A stretch of DNA of 64,000 nucleotides, taken from NCBI GenBank assembly GCA_918272565.1, contig CAKJYW010000003.1, positions 5,359-69,358 of the forward strand. The letters are read 5' to 3'. Of the stretch, positions 19,468 to 30,859 are shown piece by piece (positions within the stretch are counted from its first letter, which is position 1; each line of letters starts with the position of its first letter). Source of the DNA: Bacilli bacterium (GTDB lineage: Bacteria; Bacillota_I; Bacilli_A; ML615J-28; CAG-698). A program made the position numbers and the translations under genes. A model generated the notes under the pieces. The model was not told the origin of the DNA. It ran no database searches and worked only from the letters and a program-made list of their open reading frames with translations.

Positions 19468-19503
19468 TTAGCGCTCCTTTAATTAAAGAGCCAAATATTG
19501 GCT

Positions 19504-19842
19504 CTATAAATTTAAATTCTTTAAAATACTTTCGATTTTATCTCCATATTCCATTGATTCATCATACTTAAACTTTAAATCAGGAATCTTCTTAACTTGT
19601 AACGCTTTTCCTAAATGGCTTCTTAACATTCCTTTAGCATCAGCTAAAACTTCACCAGTTGATACTTTTTGCTCTTCAGTTCCATAAACTGTATAAAATA
19701 CTGTAGCTATTGATAAATCACCAGTTAAACGGCAATTAGTAATAGTAACGTATTTTAATCTTTCATCTTTTGCTTCCATTAGAAGAAATGTTGAAAGTTC
19801 ACGAACAATAATCTTTTCTAATCTTTCTTGTTTAAATGCCAT
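19504..19842 (-). CDS. rbfA: Ribosome-binding factor A
   Basis: KDERL...DLSIATVF...PDLKFKYDES; follows infB. Confidence 0.95.
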   Translation of the reverse strand: MAFKQERLEKIIVRELSTFLLMEAKDERLKYVTITNCRLTGDLSIATVFYTVYGTEEQKVSTGEVLADAKGMLRSHLGKALQVKKIPDLKFKYDESMEYGDKIESILKNLNL

Positions 19843-19843
19843 A

Positions 19844-22108
19844 TTAGTTCACTTGCTCCATAACAAAGGCTTCAATTCTATCGCCTTCTTTAATATCATT
19901 GTAGTTTTCAATAGTTAAACCACATTCAAATCCAACTTTAACTTCCTTAACATCATCTTTAAAACGTTTAAGTGAAGATAGTTTTCCTTTGTAGATTTCA
20001 ATATTATCTCTAATTAATCTAACACCACACCCACGACTGATTAATCCATCAGTAACGTAGCAACCAGCGATTGTACCAATCTTACTAGCTTTAAAGATAC
20101 TTCTAACCTCAGCTTCTCCGATGTTCTTTTCTTCATAAACTGGGTCAAGCATTCCCTTCATTGCTGCTTCGATATCTTCTAGAACCTTATAGATAATATT
20201 ATATAATCTAATTTCAACAAATTTATCTTTAGCAAATTTCATGATTGCTGCATTAGGTCTAACATTAAATCCAATGATTACAGCTCCTTCTGCTTCAGCT
20301 AAGATAATATCAGTTTCTGTTACACTACCAACACTAGCACGAAGAATATGGATTTCAACACCTTCTACATTAATCTTTTCGATAGAATTACGCAATGCTT
20401 CAGCTGAACCTTGAACGTCACATTTAATGATTAAGTTAAGTTCTTTATCAGTATTTGCTAGAGTTGTTTGACGACGGAATTTACTCATTTCCATTTCAAA
20501 TGCTCTCTTAGCACGTTCTTCAGCAATTAGTCTAGCTGTCTTTTCATCTTCAAATACCATGAACTTATCACCAGCTTGAGGAACATCAACTAAACCAGTT
20601 ACTTCTATTGCTTTACTAGGTAGAGCAGTTTTGATGTTTGTTGAAGATTCATCACTCATAGCACGAATCTTACCAAATGTATTACCAACTACAACTGGGT
20701 CACCAACTTTAATTGTTCCGTTTTTAACAAGTAGGGTAGCTACAGGTCCTCTTCCTTTATCAAGTTTTGCTTCAATTACAACACCCATACCAAGTCTATT
20801 AGGGTTAGCACGGTAGTTTTCCATTTCAGCAGTTAACAAAATCATATCTAATAATTCATCTACACCCATTCCAGTTAAAGCTGAAATATTAACGAATATT
20901 GTGTCTCCACCCCACTCTTCAGCAACTAAATTTAGTTGAGCAAGTTCGGTTTTAACTCTATCAGGATTTGCTTGAGGCTTATCCATCTTATTAACCGCTA
21001 CAATAATTGGAACTTTTGCAGCTTGGGCATGGTCGATTGCTTCTTTTGTTTGAGGCATTACACCATCATCAGCAGCTACAACCAATACAACGATATCGGT
21101 TACTTCAGCACCTCTTGCTCTCATTTCAGTGAATGCGGCATGTCCTGGTGTATCAATAAAAGTAATAAGTTGATCTTTCTTCTTTACTTGATAAGCACCG
21201 ATATGTTGAGTGATACCACCAGCTTCACCAGCTACAACTCTACTATTACGAATTGTATCAAGCAAAGTTGTTTTACCATGGTCAACATGGCCCATGATAG
21301 TAACAACAGGAGGACGAGGAAGAAGGTTTTCTTCATCATCTTCAATTACTAATTCTTCAAACTTAGTAATATCTTCTTCAATCTTATCTTTTAAAGCAAA
21401 ACCAAACTCATCAGCAAGTATCTCAACAACATCTCTGTCTAGTGGTTCTGTTGCAGAAACCATATAACCAAGTTCAATAAGCTTTTTAACAACTTCACCA
21501 TAGCTAATATTTAGAGCACTAGCAAGAATTGCTGGTGACATATTAGGCATGTAATATACAACGTTCTCATCTTGTGGCTTTTTCTTATCTTTGATATTAC
21601 CTTGACGCTTTTCATTCTTTTGAGCACCTTTCTTACGTCTAGCACTCTTAATTCTAGTATATTCCTTATCTTGACTAACATACTCGTTATAAGCATCATC
21701 GTATACTCTAGATAATTCAACTTCTTTGATTTCGTCTTTCTTTTCTTCTTTTTTAGCTTCTGACTTTACTTCTTCTTTAGGCTTAACTTCAACCTTTGGT
21801 TCTTCTTTCTTTGTCTCTACCTTAGGTTCTTCTTTAGGTTTTTCTTCAACCTTTACTTCTTCCTTAGGTTTAACTTCAACTTTTGGTTCTTCTTTCTTTA
21901 CTTCAACCTTTGGAGCTTCTTTCTTAGGTTCAGCTTTCTTCTTAACAGGTTTAATTTCCATCTTGTATTTCTTACTTAATTTCTTTAAGACATCATCTTT
22001 AATGTCAGTTTCAAGATCAGCAGTAATACCGATGTTCTTTAGTAGCTTAAGAAGAACTTCTTCAGTTTCTTTTCCCTTTAAGACTTCTAATATATCTTTT
22101 ACTTTCAT
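19844..22108 (-). CDS. infB: Translation initiation factor IF-2
   Basis: [22 protein letters not shown]. Confidence 0.98.
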   Translation of the reverse strand: MKVKDILEVLKGKETEEVLLKLLKNIGITADLETDIKDDVLKKLSKKYKMEIKPVKKKAEPKKEAPKVEVKKEEPKVEVKPKEEVKVEEKPKEEPKVETKKEEPKVEVKPKEEVKSEAKKEEKKDEIKEVELSRVYDDAYNEYVSQDKEYTRIKSARRKKGAQKNEKRQGNIKDKKKPQDENVVYYMPNMSPAILASALNISYGEVVKKLIELGYMVSATEPLDRDVVEILADEFGFALKDKIEEDITKFEELVIEDDEENLLPRPPVVTIMGHVDHGKTTLLDTIRNSRVVAGEAGGITQHIGAYQVKKKDQLITFIDTPGHAAFTEMRARGAEVTDIVVLVVAADDGVMPQTKEAIDHAQAAKVPIIVAVNKMDKPQANPDRVKTELAQLNLVAEEWGGDTIFVNISALTGMGVDELLDMILLTAEMENYRANPNRLGMGVVIEAKLDKGRGPVATLLVKNGTIKVGDPVVVGNTFGKIRAMSDESSTNIKTALPSKAIEVTGLVDVPQAGDKFMVFEDEKTARLIAEERAKRAFEMEMSKFRRQTTLANTDKELNLIIKCDVQGSAEALRNSIEKINVEGVEIHILRASVGSVTETDIILAEAEGAVIIGFNVRPNAAIMKFAKDKFVEIRLYNIIYKVLEDIEAAMKGMLDPVYEEKNIGEAEVRSIFKASKIGTIAGCYVTDGLISRGCGVRLIRDNIEIYKGKLSSLKRFKDDVKEVKVGFECGLTIENYNDIKEGDRIEAFVMEQVN
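21745..21925 (-). repeat. Intragenic K/E/P/V-rich repeats in the IF-2 N-terminus
   Basis: [16 protein letters not shown] occurs twice, with further KEEPKVE/KEAPKVE units. Confidence 0.8.
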
Positions 22109-22118
22109 CTAGTTCACC

Positions 22119-22424
22119 TCATCTTAAATTTTCTTTAAACGCATTACTAAATCCCTCATCTAAAAGTGCTACTACTTTTACTAAGCCTTTCCCTAAAGCT
22201 TTACTTATTTCTTCAGTAGTAAACTCTAGATTAAGTTCTGTTCCATAAAAGAAACATTTCTTTTGGAATTTGTCGATGGTTCTATTTGATGCATCACTCG
22301 CCACAATCACCATCTTGCATTTACCTTTTTGTAGATTATCTGTTACAACCTCATCGCCGTTTATGAGTTTTCTAGCACGATATGCTAGACCTAGTAAGTT
22401 TAATGCCTTTTCTCTTTTTTCCAC
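22119..22424 (-). CDS. ylxQ: L7Ae-family RNA-binding protein (YlxQ)
   Basis: LNLLGLAYRA, VIVASDAS, ALGK; position in the nusA operon. Confidence 0.9.
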   Translation of the reverse strand: MEKREKALNLLGLAYRARKLINGDEVVTDNLQKGKCKMVIVASDASNRTIDKFQKKCFFYGTELNLEFTTEEISKALGKGLVKVVALLDEGFSNAFKENLR

Positions 22425-22425
22425 A

Positions 22426-22692
22426 TTAAGCCTCTAATAATTTAATTAATTCATCATAAACTTCATCTTTTACTTCGGCTTCTAGATATCTATCTAAAAT
22501 CTTTTTCTTTCTAGACAACTCTATTGCTTCCATACTTTTACTTAAATAAGCACCATGCCCATTAAGTTTACCAGTCAAATCGATTTTAACTTCTCCTTCA
22601 GGTGTACGAACAATCCTAAACATCTCCTTTTTAGGAAATTGAGCGTTTGTTGCTACACACTTACGAAGGGGAACTTTCTTAGTCTTGTTCAT
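22426..22692 (-). CDS. ylxR: YlxR/RnpM RNA-binding protein
   Basis: PLRKCVAT, RIVRTPEG, GHGAY. Confidence 0.93.
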   Translation of the reverse strand: MNKTKKVPLRKCVATNAQFPKKEMFRIVRTPEGEVKIDLTGKLNGHGAYLSKSMEAIELSRKKKILDRYLEAEVKDEVYDELIKLLEA

Positions 22693-22705
22693 TTTCTCAC
22701 CTCAC

Positions 22706-23785
22706 TTACCTCAAATCTACGTTATAAGAAAATTTAATTCCCTCACTTGTTGCATCAGATAGCTTCTTGATGTCAATCTTCCAATCAATCGCATAAGCTG
22801 CAAGTCTTGCATTTTGACCGCTCTTACCAATCGCTAGAGAATATTGTTCATCTTGAACAATAACTAATGCCTTTCTTGTCTTTTCATCAGCGATAACACT
22901 AACACACTTTGCAGGTAGTAGTGCTTCAGCTATTAACTCTACAGGATCATCTTTCCATGTAAAGATATCAATCTTTTCATTATTTAATGCTTCATTAATT
23001 TCTTTAATTCTTAATCCACCATGACCAACGCATGCACCCTTAGCATCAACATTAGGTTTTGTTGAAAGAACTCCAATCTTAGTTCTACTTCCTGGGTCAC
23101 GGCTAATACCCATAATTTCAATACTTCCATCAGCAATTTCAGGAATATTGATTTCAAACAACTTTTTAACGATTTCTCTACTAGTTCTACTTAAGAATAC
23201 TTTAGGTCCCTTAGTAGTCTTATCTACTTTAACAATATAAACCTTCTTAGTATCACCAATATTAAACTCTTCGTTAGGTAATCCTTCAGTTAGAGGCATT
23301 GTAGCTTCACAGTTAGATCCAATCAAGAATGTAACAAATGTGTCAGTCTTGGCCACAACCTTAGCATTAACTATTTCTCCAACTCTTTCACTAAAGAAAT
23401 TATAAGCTTCTTCTCTTTCTAATTCTTTTAGTCCACTTAGTAGTGCTTGTTTAAACTTACCAGCATTCTTTCTACCAAATGTATCAAGCTTAATCTCACG
23501 ATTAATTTCGCTACCAACTTTTACTCTAGTCTTAATTTTAAGAGCATCTTCAAGTAATATTTGTCCTTTTTTATCTTCAGTAATTTCACTAACAACTTCA
23601 TAGTGATCAATAAACTTAATTGTCTTTTCTTCAAAATCAACCTTAGCTTGAACTTCACCTTTGTATTCAGTATCCTTACAAGCAACAGCTACAGCTGCTT
23701 TAACCTTCTCTAATACAAGATTAATATCCAAACCTCTTTCATAAGCAATACTTTCTAATGATTCAAAAAAACTCTTACTTTTCAT
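22706..23785 (-). CDS. nusA: Transcription factor NusA
   Basis: RDPGSRTKI, GACVG, SLAIGKSGQNARLA. Confidence 0.97.
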   Translation of the reverse strand: MKSKSFFESLESIAYERGLDINLVLEKVKAAVAVACKDTEYKGEVQAKVDFEEKTIKFIDHYEVVSEITEDKKGQILLEDALKIKTRVKVGSEINREIKLDTFGRKNAGKFKQALLSGLKELEREEAYNFFSERVGEIVNAKVVAKTDTFVTFLIGSNCEATMPLTEGLPNEEFNIGDTKKVYIVKVDKTTKGPKVFLSRTSREIVKKLFEINIPEIADGSIEIMGISRDPGSRTKIGVLSTKPNVDAKGACVGHGGLRIKEINEALNNEKIDIFTWKDDPVELIAEALLPAKCVSVIADEKTRKALVIVQDEQYSLAIGKSGQNARLAAYAIDWKIDIKKLSDATSEGIKFSYNVDLR

Positions 23786-23794
23786 AATATCCTC

Positions 23795-24262
23795 CTAAAA
23801 CTTAACAGCTAGTCTAACTTTCTCTATAATTTCTTTATTAATTTCTATTTCTTTCATTCTTCCTTTTAAATTAACCTTTAACTTAAAAGTTCCATCACTA
23901 TAATCAAGTAAATCTCCATACACCTCATTCTTATTTAATACCTTTTCTTTTGTATAAATACAAATATAAGAACCGATATACTTAATATAGTCTGCATCAG
24001 TCTTTAGTTCGCGCTCTAGTCCGGGACTAGAAACCTCTAAACTATATTCTCCATCGATAAAGTCTTCTTTATCGAGCACCTCGCCAATTGCTTCATTTAG
24101 TGCTGTTGCTTGATTAATATCAAGTCCACCTTCACTATCAGCAATCACTCTTAACACCATGCTACCAAACTCTTTAACATACTCAACTTCGATAATTTCT
24201 AGATTAAGCTCCTTAGCACAGTTATTTGCAATCTCTAAACTTCTTTTTTCAATTTCCTTCAT
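23795..24262 (-). CDS. rimP: Ribosome maturation factor RimP
   Basis: YSLEVSSPGLEREL; first gene of the nusA operon. Confidence 0.96.
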   Translation of the reverse strand: MKEIEKRSLEIANNCAKELNLEIIEVEYVKEFGSMVLRVIADSEGGLDINQATALNEAIGEVLDKEDFIDGEYSLEVSSPGLERELKTDADYIKYIGSYICIYTKEKVLNKNEVYGDLLDYSDGTFKLKVNLKGRMKEIEINKEIIEKVRLAVKF

Positions 24263-24273
24263 ATTTCATTTTT

Positions 24274-24299
24274 AAAGGAGTGAGATTAACTCACTCCTT
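24274..24299 (-). promoter_or_regulatory. rimP leader hairpin
   Basis: AAGGAGTGAG-TTAAT-CTCACTCCTT, resembling the conserved GAGTG/CACTC rimP-leader hairpin. Confidence 0.6.
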
Positions 24300-24359
24300 G
24301 ATACACTTTCTATATGTATTATATCACAACACAACCTATAAGTCAAATAAAGAAAAGCA

Positions 24360-25088
24360 CTACTTATAAAAGTAGTGCATAATAATACCTGATGCAACAC
24401 TTACGTTTAGTGATTCTAATCTTTCATCAATTTCAATATAAATGTTCTTATCAGTTATTTCTAATAATTCTTTTCTTACTCCATTACCTTCATTCCCTAA
24501 TATTAAAGCATAATTGTTTACTTTCTCTATTTTTTCTAGCGGAGTCCCATTTTGAAGTGATGTACCAAACACTTTAACGCCATTTGCTTTAATTTTATTA
24601 ATTGCATCAACCAAATCTTCTTCAATTACCTTAACTTTAAATAAAGCCCCTTGAGTTGATCTAATTAGCTTATCATTATAAATATCACAGCTTCCTTTTG
24701 ATAACACAACTAAATCAACATTAAAACCTAAGCTTGATCTAATGATAGTACCAATATTCCCTGGATCTTGTAAATTATCAAGTAGTATCATCTTCCCACA
24801 ATACCTAACGTCTTCATCACTAAAATATCTACATACTCCAATAATGTTTTGAGGAGTGATTGTTGAAGAAAGTTTTTTAATAACATCCTCTGTTACTAAG
24901 ATATTTTCTACACCTTTAACTTCATCTTTTTCATCTACTATTAAAACTAATTTTAAGAACTTCATCGCTTCTTCTACTAGATGATAGCCTTCAACTAAGA
25001 ATTCTTTTCTTTCATCTCGATATTTCTTTTGTTTAAGCTTAGATAGTTCTTTAATTAATTCATTATTAACTGATGTTATTTTCTTCAT
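24360..25088 (-). CDS. TrmH/SpoU-family RNA methyltransferase
   Basis: LQDPGNIGTIIRS, GNEGNG, ESLNVSVA. Confidence 0.93.
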   Translation of the reverse strand: MKKITSVNNELIKELSKLKQKKYRDERKEFLVEGYHLVEEAMKFLKLVLIVDEKDEVKGVENILVTEDVIKKLSSTITPQNIIGVCRYFSDEDVRYCGKMILLDNLQDPGNIGTIIRSSLGFNVDLVVLSKGSCDIYNDKLIRSTQGALFKVKVIEEDLVDAINKIKANGVKVFGTSLQNGTPLEKIEKVNNYALILGNEGNGVRKELLEITDKNIYIEIDERLESLNVSVASGIIMHYFYK

Positions 25089-25090
25089 TA

Positions 25091-25765
25091 TTAGAAAAAT
25101 ACCTCAATAATTTGTAATACTGAAATAAGTGATGCTACAACATGAACTAAAATAACAACCGCCATTGTTATTTTATTAACTTTGTTCTTTTTGATAAAAC
25201 TAAAGAATACTAAATCAATAACAATAAACAAAACATAATAAAGTAGATACAAACTAAAGTTCATTATGTCAAATGCTTTATCACTTAATTCTAATGTTTC
25301 GTTAATTGATGATGCTAGTTTATATGAAAGATTAGCATAATACGCACTAATCATTGTTCCTGTAGGATACATTACTAGAATTAGTGCGATAAACGCATAA
25401 ATTATATAGTAGATATTAATCTTATCCCAAATAGAATTAGATTCTTCTTTCTTCTTTTTATTAATCTCTTTTAATCTTTCTTTTAGTTTCTTAACCTCAG
25501 CCTTTAATGACGCATATTCTTGCTCTTCATCGATTGTTATATCTTCAGATGCAATATCTTCTAATTGTTCTAGCCTTAAATCAAGTTCATGGAGCTTAGC
25601 ATAGATTTCATCTTCTTCAGTTGTTTCTACATTTTCTTCTGCTTCGCCTTGATTTTCAGCTTGTTTCTCAACTGCATCAGTTTCTTCAACAGGTGTAGCT
25701 TCTTCTAAGCTTTCCTTTTCTTCACTTTCTCCTAATTCTTCTTTCTTTAAATCTTCTTCTAACAT
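25091..25765 (-). CDS. Hypothetical membrane protein with acidic/coiled-coil N-terminus
   Basis: Glu-rich N-terminal half and three hydrophobic C-terminal segments. Confidence 0.7.
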   Translation of the reverse strand: MLEEDLKKEELGESEEKESLEEATPVEETDAVEKQAENQGEAEENVETTEEDEIYAKLHELDLRLEQLEDIASEDITIDEEQEYASLKAEVKKLKERLKEINKKKKEESNSIWDKINIYYIIYAFIALILVMYPTGTMISAYYANLSYKLASSINETLELSDKAFDIMNFSLYLLYYVLFIVIDLVFFSFIKKNKVNKITMAVVILVHVVASLISVLQIIEVFF

Positions 25766-25774
25766 ATTCTCTCC

Positions 25775-26995
25775 TTAGATATCAAATTCATCATCTTTTT
25801 CAAACACGTTATATTTCTTTGTATCATTTAAAGTAATAATTTCTTTGTTTTCTATTGCTTCCATAATTAAATCATCTAAATTGCATTTAGCTTCTTCAGC
25901 TAAAACTAAATCTAGTTTAGGTTTAATTATAGGATGTTCAGGAACAAACACTGTACAACAGTCTTCATATGGTCTAATAGAAATATCAAAAGTCTTAATA
26001 CGTCTAGCTATATCTACTATTTCTTCTTTATCAAAAGTAGCAAGTGGTCTAATAATAGGAATATTAGTTACTTCGTTAACAACCTTCATACTTTCTAGTG
26101 TTTGACTAGCTACTTGTCCAATTGATTCTCCATTTATTATTACATCAATATTTTCTTTTTTACATATTTCACTAGCTATCTTATACATTGCTCTTCTCAT
26201 TAAAGTAACCATATAGATATTTGATGCATTTTCGTGTATTGAATCTTGTATCTTAGTGAAAGGTATAACTATTAAATCAATTTTACTGTTTGATGAATAA
26301 TTTGTTAGTACTTCAGTTAAGTCTACAACCTTTTGTAAAGCTAGATCACTAGTATAAGGAGGAGAAGCAAAATGAATTGCTTTTAGGTTTATACCTTTCT
26401 TTAAAGATAAAAACCCTGCAACCGGTGAATCAATTCCACCACTCATCATAAGTAGACCGCACCCTGCAGTTCCACTAGGATATCCTCCTAAACCTTTAAT
26501 TGTTTCAACATAAAGGTAAGTTCCTTCACTTCTTAAATCGATATTTAGAGTGATTTCTGGATTATGTACATCTACATATAAACCTTCTACCTTTGGTAAA
26601 ACCCTACGAGCGACTTCTTGACTAATTTCAATTGATGTGGCTGGGTAGTTTTTATCCCCTCTATTAGTTTCTACTTTAAATGAAGCCCTAGCCCCTTTTT
26701 TATATTCACTAACAAGTTTAACACCAAGTTCACCCATCGCTTCATAAGTATTAGCGCACTCGCTACAAAGGCTATAACTAGCAAGCCCTGAAACCGTATT
26801 AAGTTTATCGATAACTAATTTATAATCTTCTCCATTAAGATAAATATAGAAGCGGTAATCAGTATTAAAATATTTAATTTTCTTAAACTCTTTTAGTTTT
26901 CTTTTGATATTATCATTAATCATTTGAAGAAATTGACGATAGTTTTTCTTCTTTAATGTCATTTCTCCATATCTTACTAATATTAAACTAATCAT
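25775..26995 (-). CDS. thiI: tRNA 4-thiouridine synthase ThiI
   Basis: VRYGEMTLK, THUMP domain, SGGIDS, GQVASQT, PYEDCC. Confidence 0.97.
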   Translation of the reverse strand: MISLILVRYGEMTLKKKNYRQFLQMINDNIKRKLKEFKKIKYFNTDYRFYIYLNGEDYKLVIDKLNTVSGLASYSLCSECANTYEAMGELGVKLVSEYKKGARASFKVETNRGDKNYPATSIEISQEVARRVLPKVEGLYVDVHNPEITLNIDLRSEGTYLYVETIKGLGGYPSGTAGCGLLMMSGGIDSPVAGFLSLKKGINLKAIHFASPPYTSDLALQKVVDLTEVLTNYSSNSKIDLIVIPFTKIQDSIHENASNIYMVTLMRRAMYKIASEICKKENIDVIINGESIGQVASQTLESMKVVNEVTNIPIIRPLATFDKEEIVDIARRIKTFDISIRPYEDCCTVFVPEHPIIKPKLDLVLAEEAKCNLDDLIMEAIENKEIITLNDTKKYNVFEKDDEFDI

Positions 26996-28107
26996 TTTAT
27001 ATTCTCCAAAGCACTAACTAATTCCTCTATTTCACTTTCTTTAGTTAAGTGAGATAGACTTATTCTAATAGATGATAAAGCAAGACCCTCATCATTAGTT
27101 AAAGCAAGTATTGTCTTTTCAGGTTTCTTTAATTTAGATGCACAACTTGACCCCGTTGATACATATATCTCTTTTTCTTCTAATTTATGCACTAAAGTCT
27201 CTCCATTAACTCCTGGTATAGATACACTAGTTATATAAGGACTTTCTCCAACAAGATTAATTACTATATTCTTATTGTTTTTTAAACGTTCTATTAGCTT
27301 TTCTTGTAATCCTTTAACATAATTATAGTGCTCTAAAGTTAGAGGATAGTATTTCTTTATCGCTTTACATGTACAAGCAACAAGTCCCACATCCATAGTT
27401 CCTGGCTTTAACCCATTTTGATTATTAGAGCCATACATGATTTTACCAATTTCAAGATTCTTTTTATAGATTAACCCTCCAACTCCTTTAGGTCCATAGA
27501 TCTTATGAGTTGAAAATGTTAATAAATCTATTTTATTAAAATCAAATGTTGGCTTAACCTTACATAAACCTTGAACCGCATCAACATGTAATTTACATTT
27601 AGGATAGTCTTTAACAATATCAATAACTTCACTAATTGGCTCAACTGCACCAACAATATTATTCACCCACATAACCGATACTAAAAGTGTATCTTTATTT
27701 ATACATCTTTTTAGTTCATCTAAATCGATTTTTCCATCTTTATTAATATCTAAATAGATAACATCGAACCCTTTTGTTTCTAGATATTTAAATACTTCTA
27801 TAACTGAAGGATGTTCGATTTTTGTTGTGATGAGAGTGCCTTTAGTGTAATTCTTTAAATATCCTAAAATAGCAATGTTATTAGCTTCTGTAGCATTAGA
27901 TGTAAAAACGATATCGTGACTATTTATTCCTAAAGTCTCTAATATCTCGTTCTTACATTTATTAATCATATATTCGCTTCTTTGCCCAAGCTTATTAAGG
28001 CTTGTTGAATTGGCAAAAAACTCTTTTTGCATTCTAGAATATAATTCTATAATCTCCTCATCCATTGGAGTTGTGGCTGTGTAATCTAAATAAATCATAT
28101 CATTCAC
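26992..28107 (-). CDS. Cysteine desulfurase (NifZ/IscS-like)
   Basis: YLDYTATTP, HVDAVQ, STHKIYGPKG, STGSSC; paired with thiI. Confidence 0.93.
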   Translation of the reverse strand: MNDMIYLDYTATTPMDEEIIELYSRMQKEFFANSTSLNKLGQRSEYMINKCKNEILETLGINSHDIVFTSNATEANNIAILGYLKNYTKGTLITTKIEHPSVIEVFKYLETKGFDVIYLDINKDGKIDLDELKRCINKDTLLVSVMWVNNIVGAVEPISEVIDIVKDYPKCKLHVDAVQGLCKVKPTFDFNKIDLLTFSTHKIYGPKGVGGLIYKKNLEIGKIMYGSNNQNGLKPGTMDVGLVACTCKAIKKYYPLTLEHYNYVKGLQEKLIERLKNNKNIVINLVGESPYITSVSIPGVNGETLVHKLEEKEIYVSTGSSCASKLKKPEKTILALTNDEGLALSSIRISLSHLTKESEIEELVSALENIK

Positions 28108-28241
28108 CGTTATCTATAATATTATATACTTTTTTTCAATCTTTTTAAAGACCCATATTTTTAGATAACTCAATTCTTTTAAGCAATCTATTTGCTTTTT
28201 TTTAATCTTTATAATACAATTAAGCAAAGAAAGGACAAATT

Positions 28242-28493
28242 ATGAAACATTATACTTATAAAACATCTGGCGTTTGTAGCCAAAAAATCGACTTTGATGT
28301 GACTGATGATAAGAAAATCACAAACATCGTATTTCTAGGAGGATGTAACGGAAACCTAAAAGCCATCGCAAAACTTTGTGAAGGAAAAGATGCAGAAGAA
28401 ATAGCCACTATCCTAGAAGGAAACACTTGTGGGTACAAAGGAACAAGTTGTGCTGATCAATTATCAAAAGCAATCAAAGAAGCATTAAAATAG
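28242..28493 (+). CDS. TSCPD-domain protein (TIGR03905-like)
   Basis: GVCS, GGCNGN, CGYKGTSCADQL. Confidence 0.9.
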   Translation: MKHYTYKTSGVCSQKIDFDVTDDKKITNIVFLGGCNGNLKAIAKLCEGKDAEEIATILEGNTCGYKGTSCADQLSKAIKEALK

Positions 28494-28722
28494 AACCAAT
28501 TATATATTATTTTATTATTAATATCTTAAATTATAAAACGCCTAAAAGCATATTATTGCCTTAGGCGTTTTTGATTCTATTTTGTCAAATATTCTTCTTT
28601 CTTTAAATACGGAAGAAATAAATAATAAAAAACATATGAATAAAAAATTAAAACTTTTAATATGATTTCATAAATTCCACCTAACAATTCTAATAATAAA
28701 TTGTTATCTGCTTTTTAATTAA

Positions 28723-29316
28723 TTAATTAATTATTATTTCATCATTTTCAATTTTGTAATATAAACGTGTAACAATTCCTCTACTTTCATCACTAACAAT
28801 ATCATCATATACACCATAGATATCGATATGAATATAAAAATATCCCATTGACTCAGTAAATTTATATGAAGGAATTATTATTTCTTCATATTTTGAGTTT
28901 TCATCTATTCCATAATAAATACTTGGATAATCACTAAGACAAAAATCCTCAATAGTTTTGTAGATATATTCACTTATTTTTGTATGTATTGAAGTTTTCT
29001 TTTTCTTAGAACAAGAAGAATTATAATCTGTTATATAATACTCTTCATATTTACCATATTCTATTTTTATTTCTGCTGTGTATCTATCTGCAGGCACACC
29101 TTCTTTACTACGAAGTTTGAATCCCGATTGTACTCCAAAATATAATTTAATCAACACATCTTCGCCTTTTTTTATTCTGTTATTTTCTAAAATTGCTTTT
29201 GTAGACATTACTTTTTCTGCATTATCATATGAATCATCTATTATTTTCTTACATCCAAAAAAAGGAACTAGCAAAATTAAAATTACCAAAACTAGTATTT
29301 TTCTTTCTTTCATCAT
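28723..29316 (-). CDS. Hypothetical lipoprotein, array paralog 1
   Basis: Lipobox FFGC; IKKGEDV..KLY, EYGKY, YKTIEDFC, EEIIIPS shared with neighbours. Confidence 0.75.
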   Translation of the reverse strand: MMKERKILVLVILILLVPFFGCKKIIDDSYDNAEKVMSTKAILENNRIKKGEDVLIKLYFGVQSGFKLRSKEGVPADRYTAEIKIEYGKYEEYYITDYNSSCSKKKKTSIHTKISEYIYKTIEDFCLSDYPSIYYGIDENSKYEEIIIPSYKFTESMGYFYIHIDIYGVYDDIVSDESRGIVTRLYYKIENDEIIIN

Positions 29317-29349
29317 TTTTCCCTTTCTTTTTTTATCATTATAATTCCT

Positions 29350-29438
29350 CTCATACATTTATCCAACAAATTCAATTTTACTAAATTCAACAATATTCAT
29401 TTTAAAGACTATCCATTTTGTATCAGGATTAGAAGCAT
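29350..29438 (-). repeat. 89-bp direct repeat of 30851-30939 (3' remnant of a 30860-31390 paralog)
   Basis: Manual alignment gives 4 mismatches in 89 bp. Confidence 0.9.
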
Positions 29439-29446
29439 TAGTTGAA

Positions 29447-30130
29447 TTATTGATTTATTACTATACTATCGCCATTTAGTTCGTAAGAAATAAAGCACGT
29501 CACACCTCTAGGAGCAATTTCATCTATGTCGTCACCATAAATACCATATATGAATATTCCAAGACGAACATATCCTTTTTCTTCAGTAAAAATATAGGAA
29601 GGAAGAGTTATTTCTTCAAATTTAGAAGTATCATCGATTTTTGGATAAAAACTTGGATAATTATAAGAACAAAAATCATCAATTGTTTTATAACAATAAT
29701 CGTTTGTTTTTAGAAATTCCGTTTCATACCTATCACTTCCATCAGTATAAAAATTTGGTTGAATCAAAATTCTATTATATTTACCATATTCAATTTCTAA
29801 TTTAACTAAATAATCATCGGCATATACACCATCCCTTGTATATTTCATTTTATTAATGTTTTGCAAAGTTGTTCCTATATACAATTTAAAAACTAAATCT
29901 TCTCCTACTTTTATTGTGTCCTTTTCAAAAACAGGCTGAAAAGAAATAAGTTCTGGGCCAGAAACATCAGAAGAACTTGATGGAATGACAAAAACATCAT
30001 TAGCATCAGTCACTGCACTAGAATTAATTTTTTCATTATCTGTTTCAACTGTTGGGTTACCATTAGCGTTACATCCAAAACCAAATAAAGCAACTATTAG
30101 TATAAAACAAAAAAATACTGATTTCTTCAT
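29447..30130 (-). CDS. Hypothetical lipoprotein, array paralog 2
   Basis: Lipobox GFGC; IKVGEDL..KLY, EIEYGKY, YKTIDDFC, EEITLPS. Confidence 0.8.
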   Translation of the reverse strand: MKKSVFFCFILIVALFGFGCNANGNPTVETDNEKINSSAVTDANDVFVIPSSSSDVSGPELISFQPVFEKDTIKVGEDLVFKLYIGTTLQNINKMKYTRDGVYADDYLVKLEIEYGKYNRILIQPNFYTDGSDRYETEFLKTNDYCYKTIDDFCSYNYPSFYPKIDDTSKFEEITLPSYIFTEEKGYVRLGIFIYGIYGDDIDEIAPRGVTCFISYELNGDSIVINQ

Positions 30131-30174
30131 TTACTCCACCTATATATTATTATTTTTTTAATCATCACTTTACC

Positions 30175-30840
30175 TCACGCATTATATAATTTATTTAATA
30201 CTTCGTTTTCTCTTCTATCATATATTATCACTTCACCATCATTTATTTTATACCATATTTTAGATGAAACCGAATAGGTCTGCGATAATACAAATTGCTC
30301 TTCACCATCAATATTTCTTTTTTCATATACACACATTTTAAATTCGATAAAACCTATTTTTTCCTTAAACCAAGTTGAAGGAATTATGAAATCTTCACTC
30401 TCATATTTATTAATAGGATAATCATCTTGTTCTGCAACAACTAATTCTTCATATTCTTTATGATAATATTCTTCTTTTGTATCATATCTACAATAATACT
30501 CTCTTTCATATTTGTTTTTTCCACACGATTTCAGTTTTATATCAGAATAGCCTATTTTAACACTACCACAGTATATTTTTATATCTACTTTGTGATTGTC
30601 AAAAAATTCTCCACCTTTTGCAAAATAGCTTTCTGGGTCTTCTATTTGGTTTCGATAAGCGTTATATTTCATGCTAATTTCCAAATCTTCGCCTACTTTG
30701 ATTTTATTAGTTTTAGTAAGCACTTCAAAATTTATCAATGGAGATGGGGTTGGAGAAGTGGCCTCTAACTTCATTGAAAAGCTGTTGAAGCACATTATAA
30801 AAAAGAAAATAAATAATATTGCAATTCTTTTTTTTATCAT
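30175..30840 (-). CDS. Hypothetical exported protein, distant array paralog 3
   Basis: Signal peptide; LINF...IKVGEDL, EDFIIPSTWFKEKIGFI, YKINDGEVII. Confidence 0.7.
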   Translation of the reverse strand: MIKKRIAILFIFFFIMCFNSFSMKLEATSPTPSPLINFEVLTKTNKIKVGEDLEISMKYNAYRNQIEDPESYFAKGGEFFDNHKVDIKIYCGSVKIGYSDIKLKSCGKNKYEREYYCRYDTKEEYYHKEYEELVVAEQDDYPINKYESEDFIIPSTWFKEKIGFIEFKMCVYEKRNIDGEEQFVLSQTYSVSSKIWYKINDGEVIIYDRRENEVLNKLYNA

Positions 30841-30859
30841 TATTTTTCTCCTCATACAT

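Noticed and set aside
30828-30835. A8 tract near a gene start as a phase-variation switch
   Set aside because: Runs of this length are common in such AT-rich DNA, and the frame is intact.
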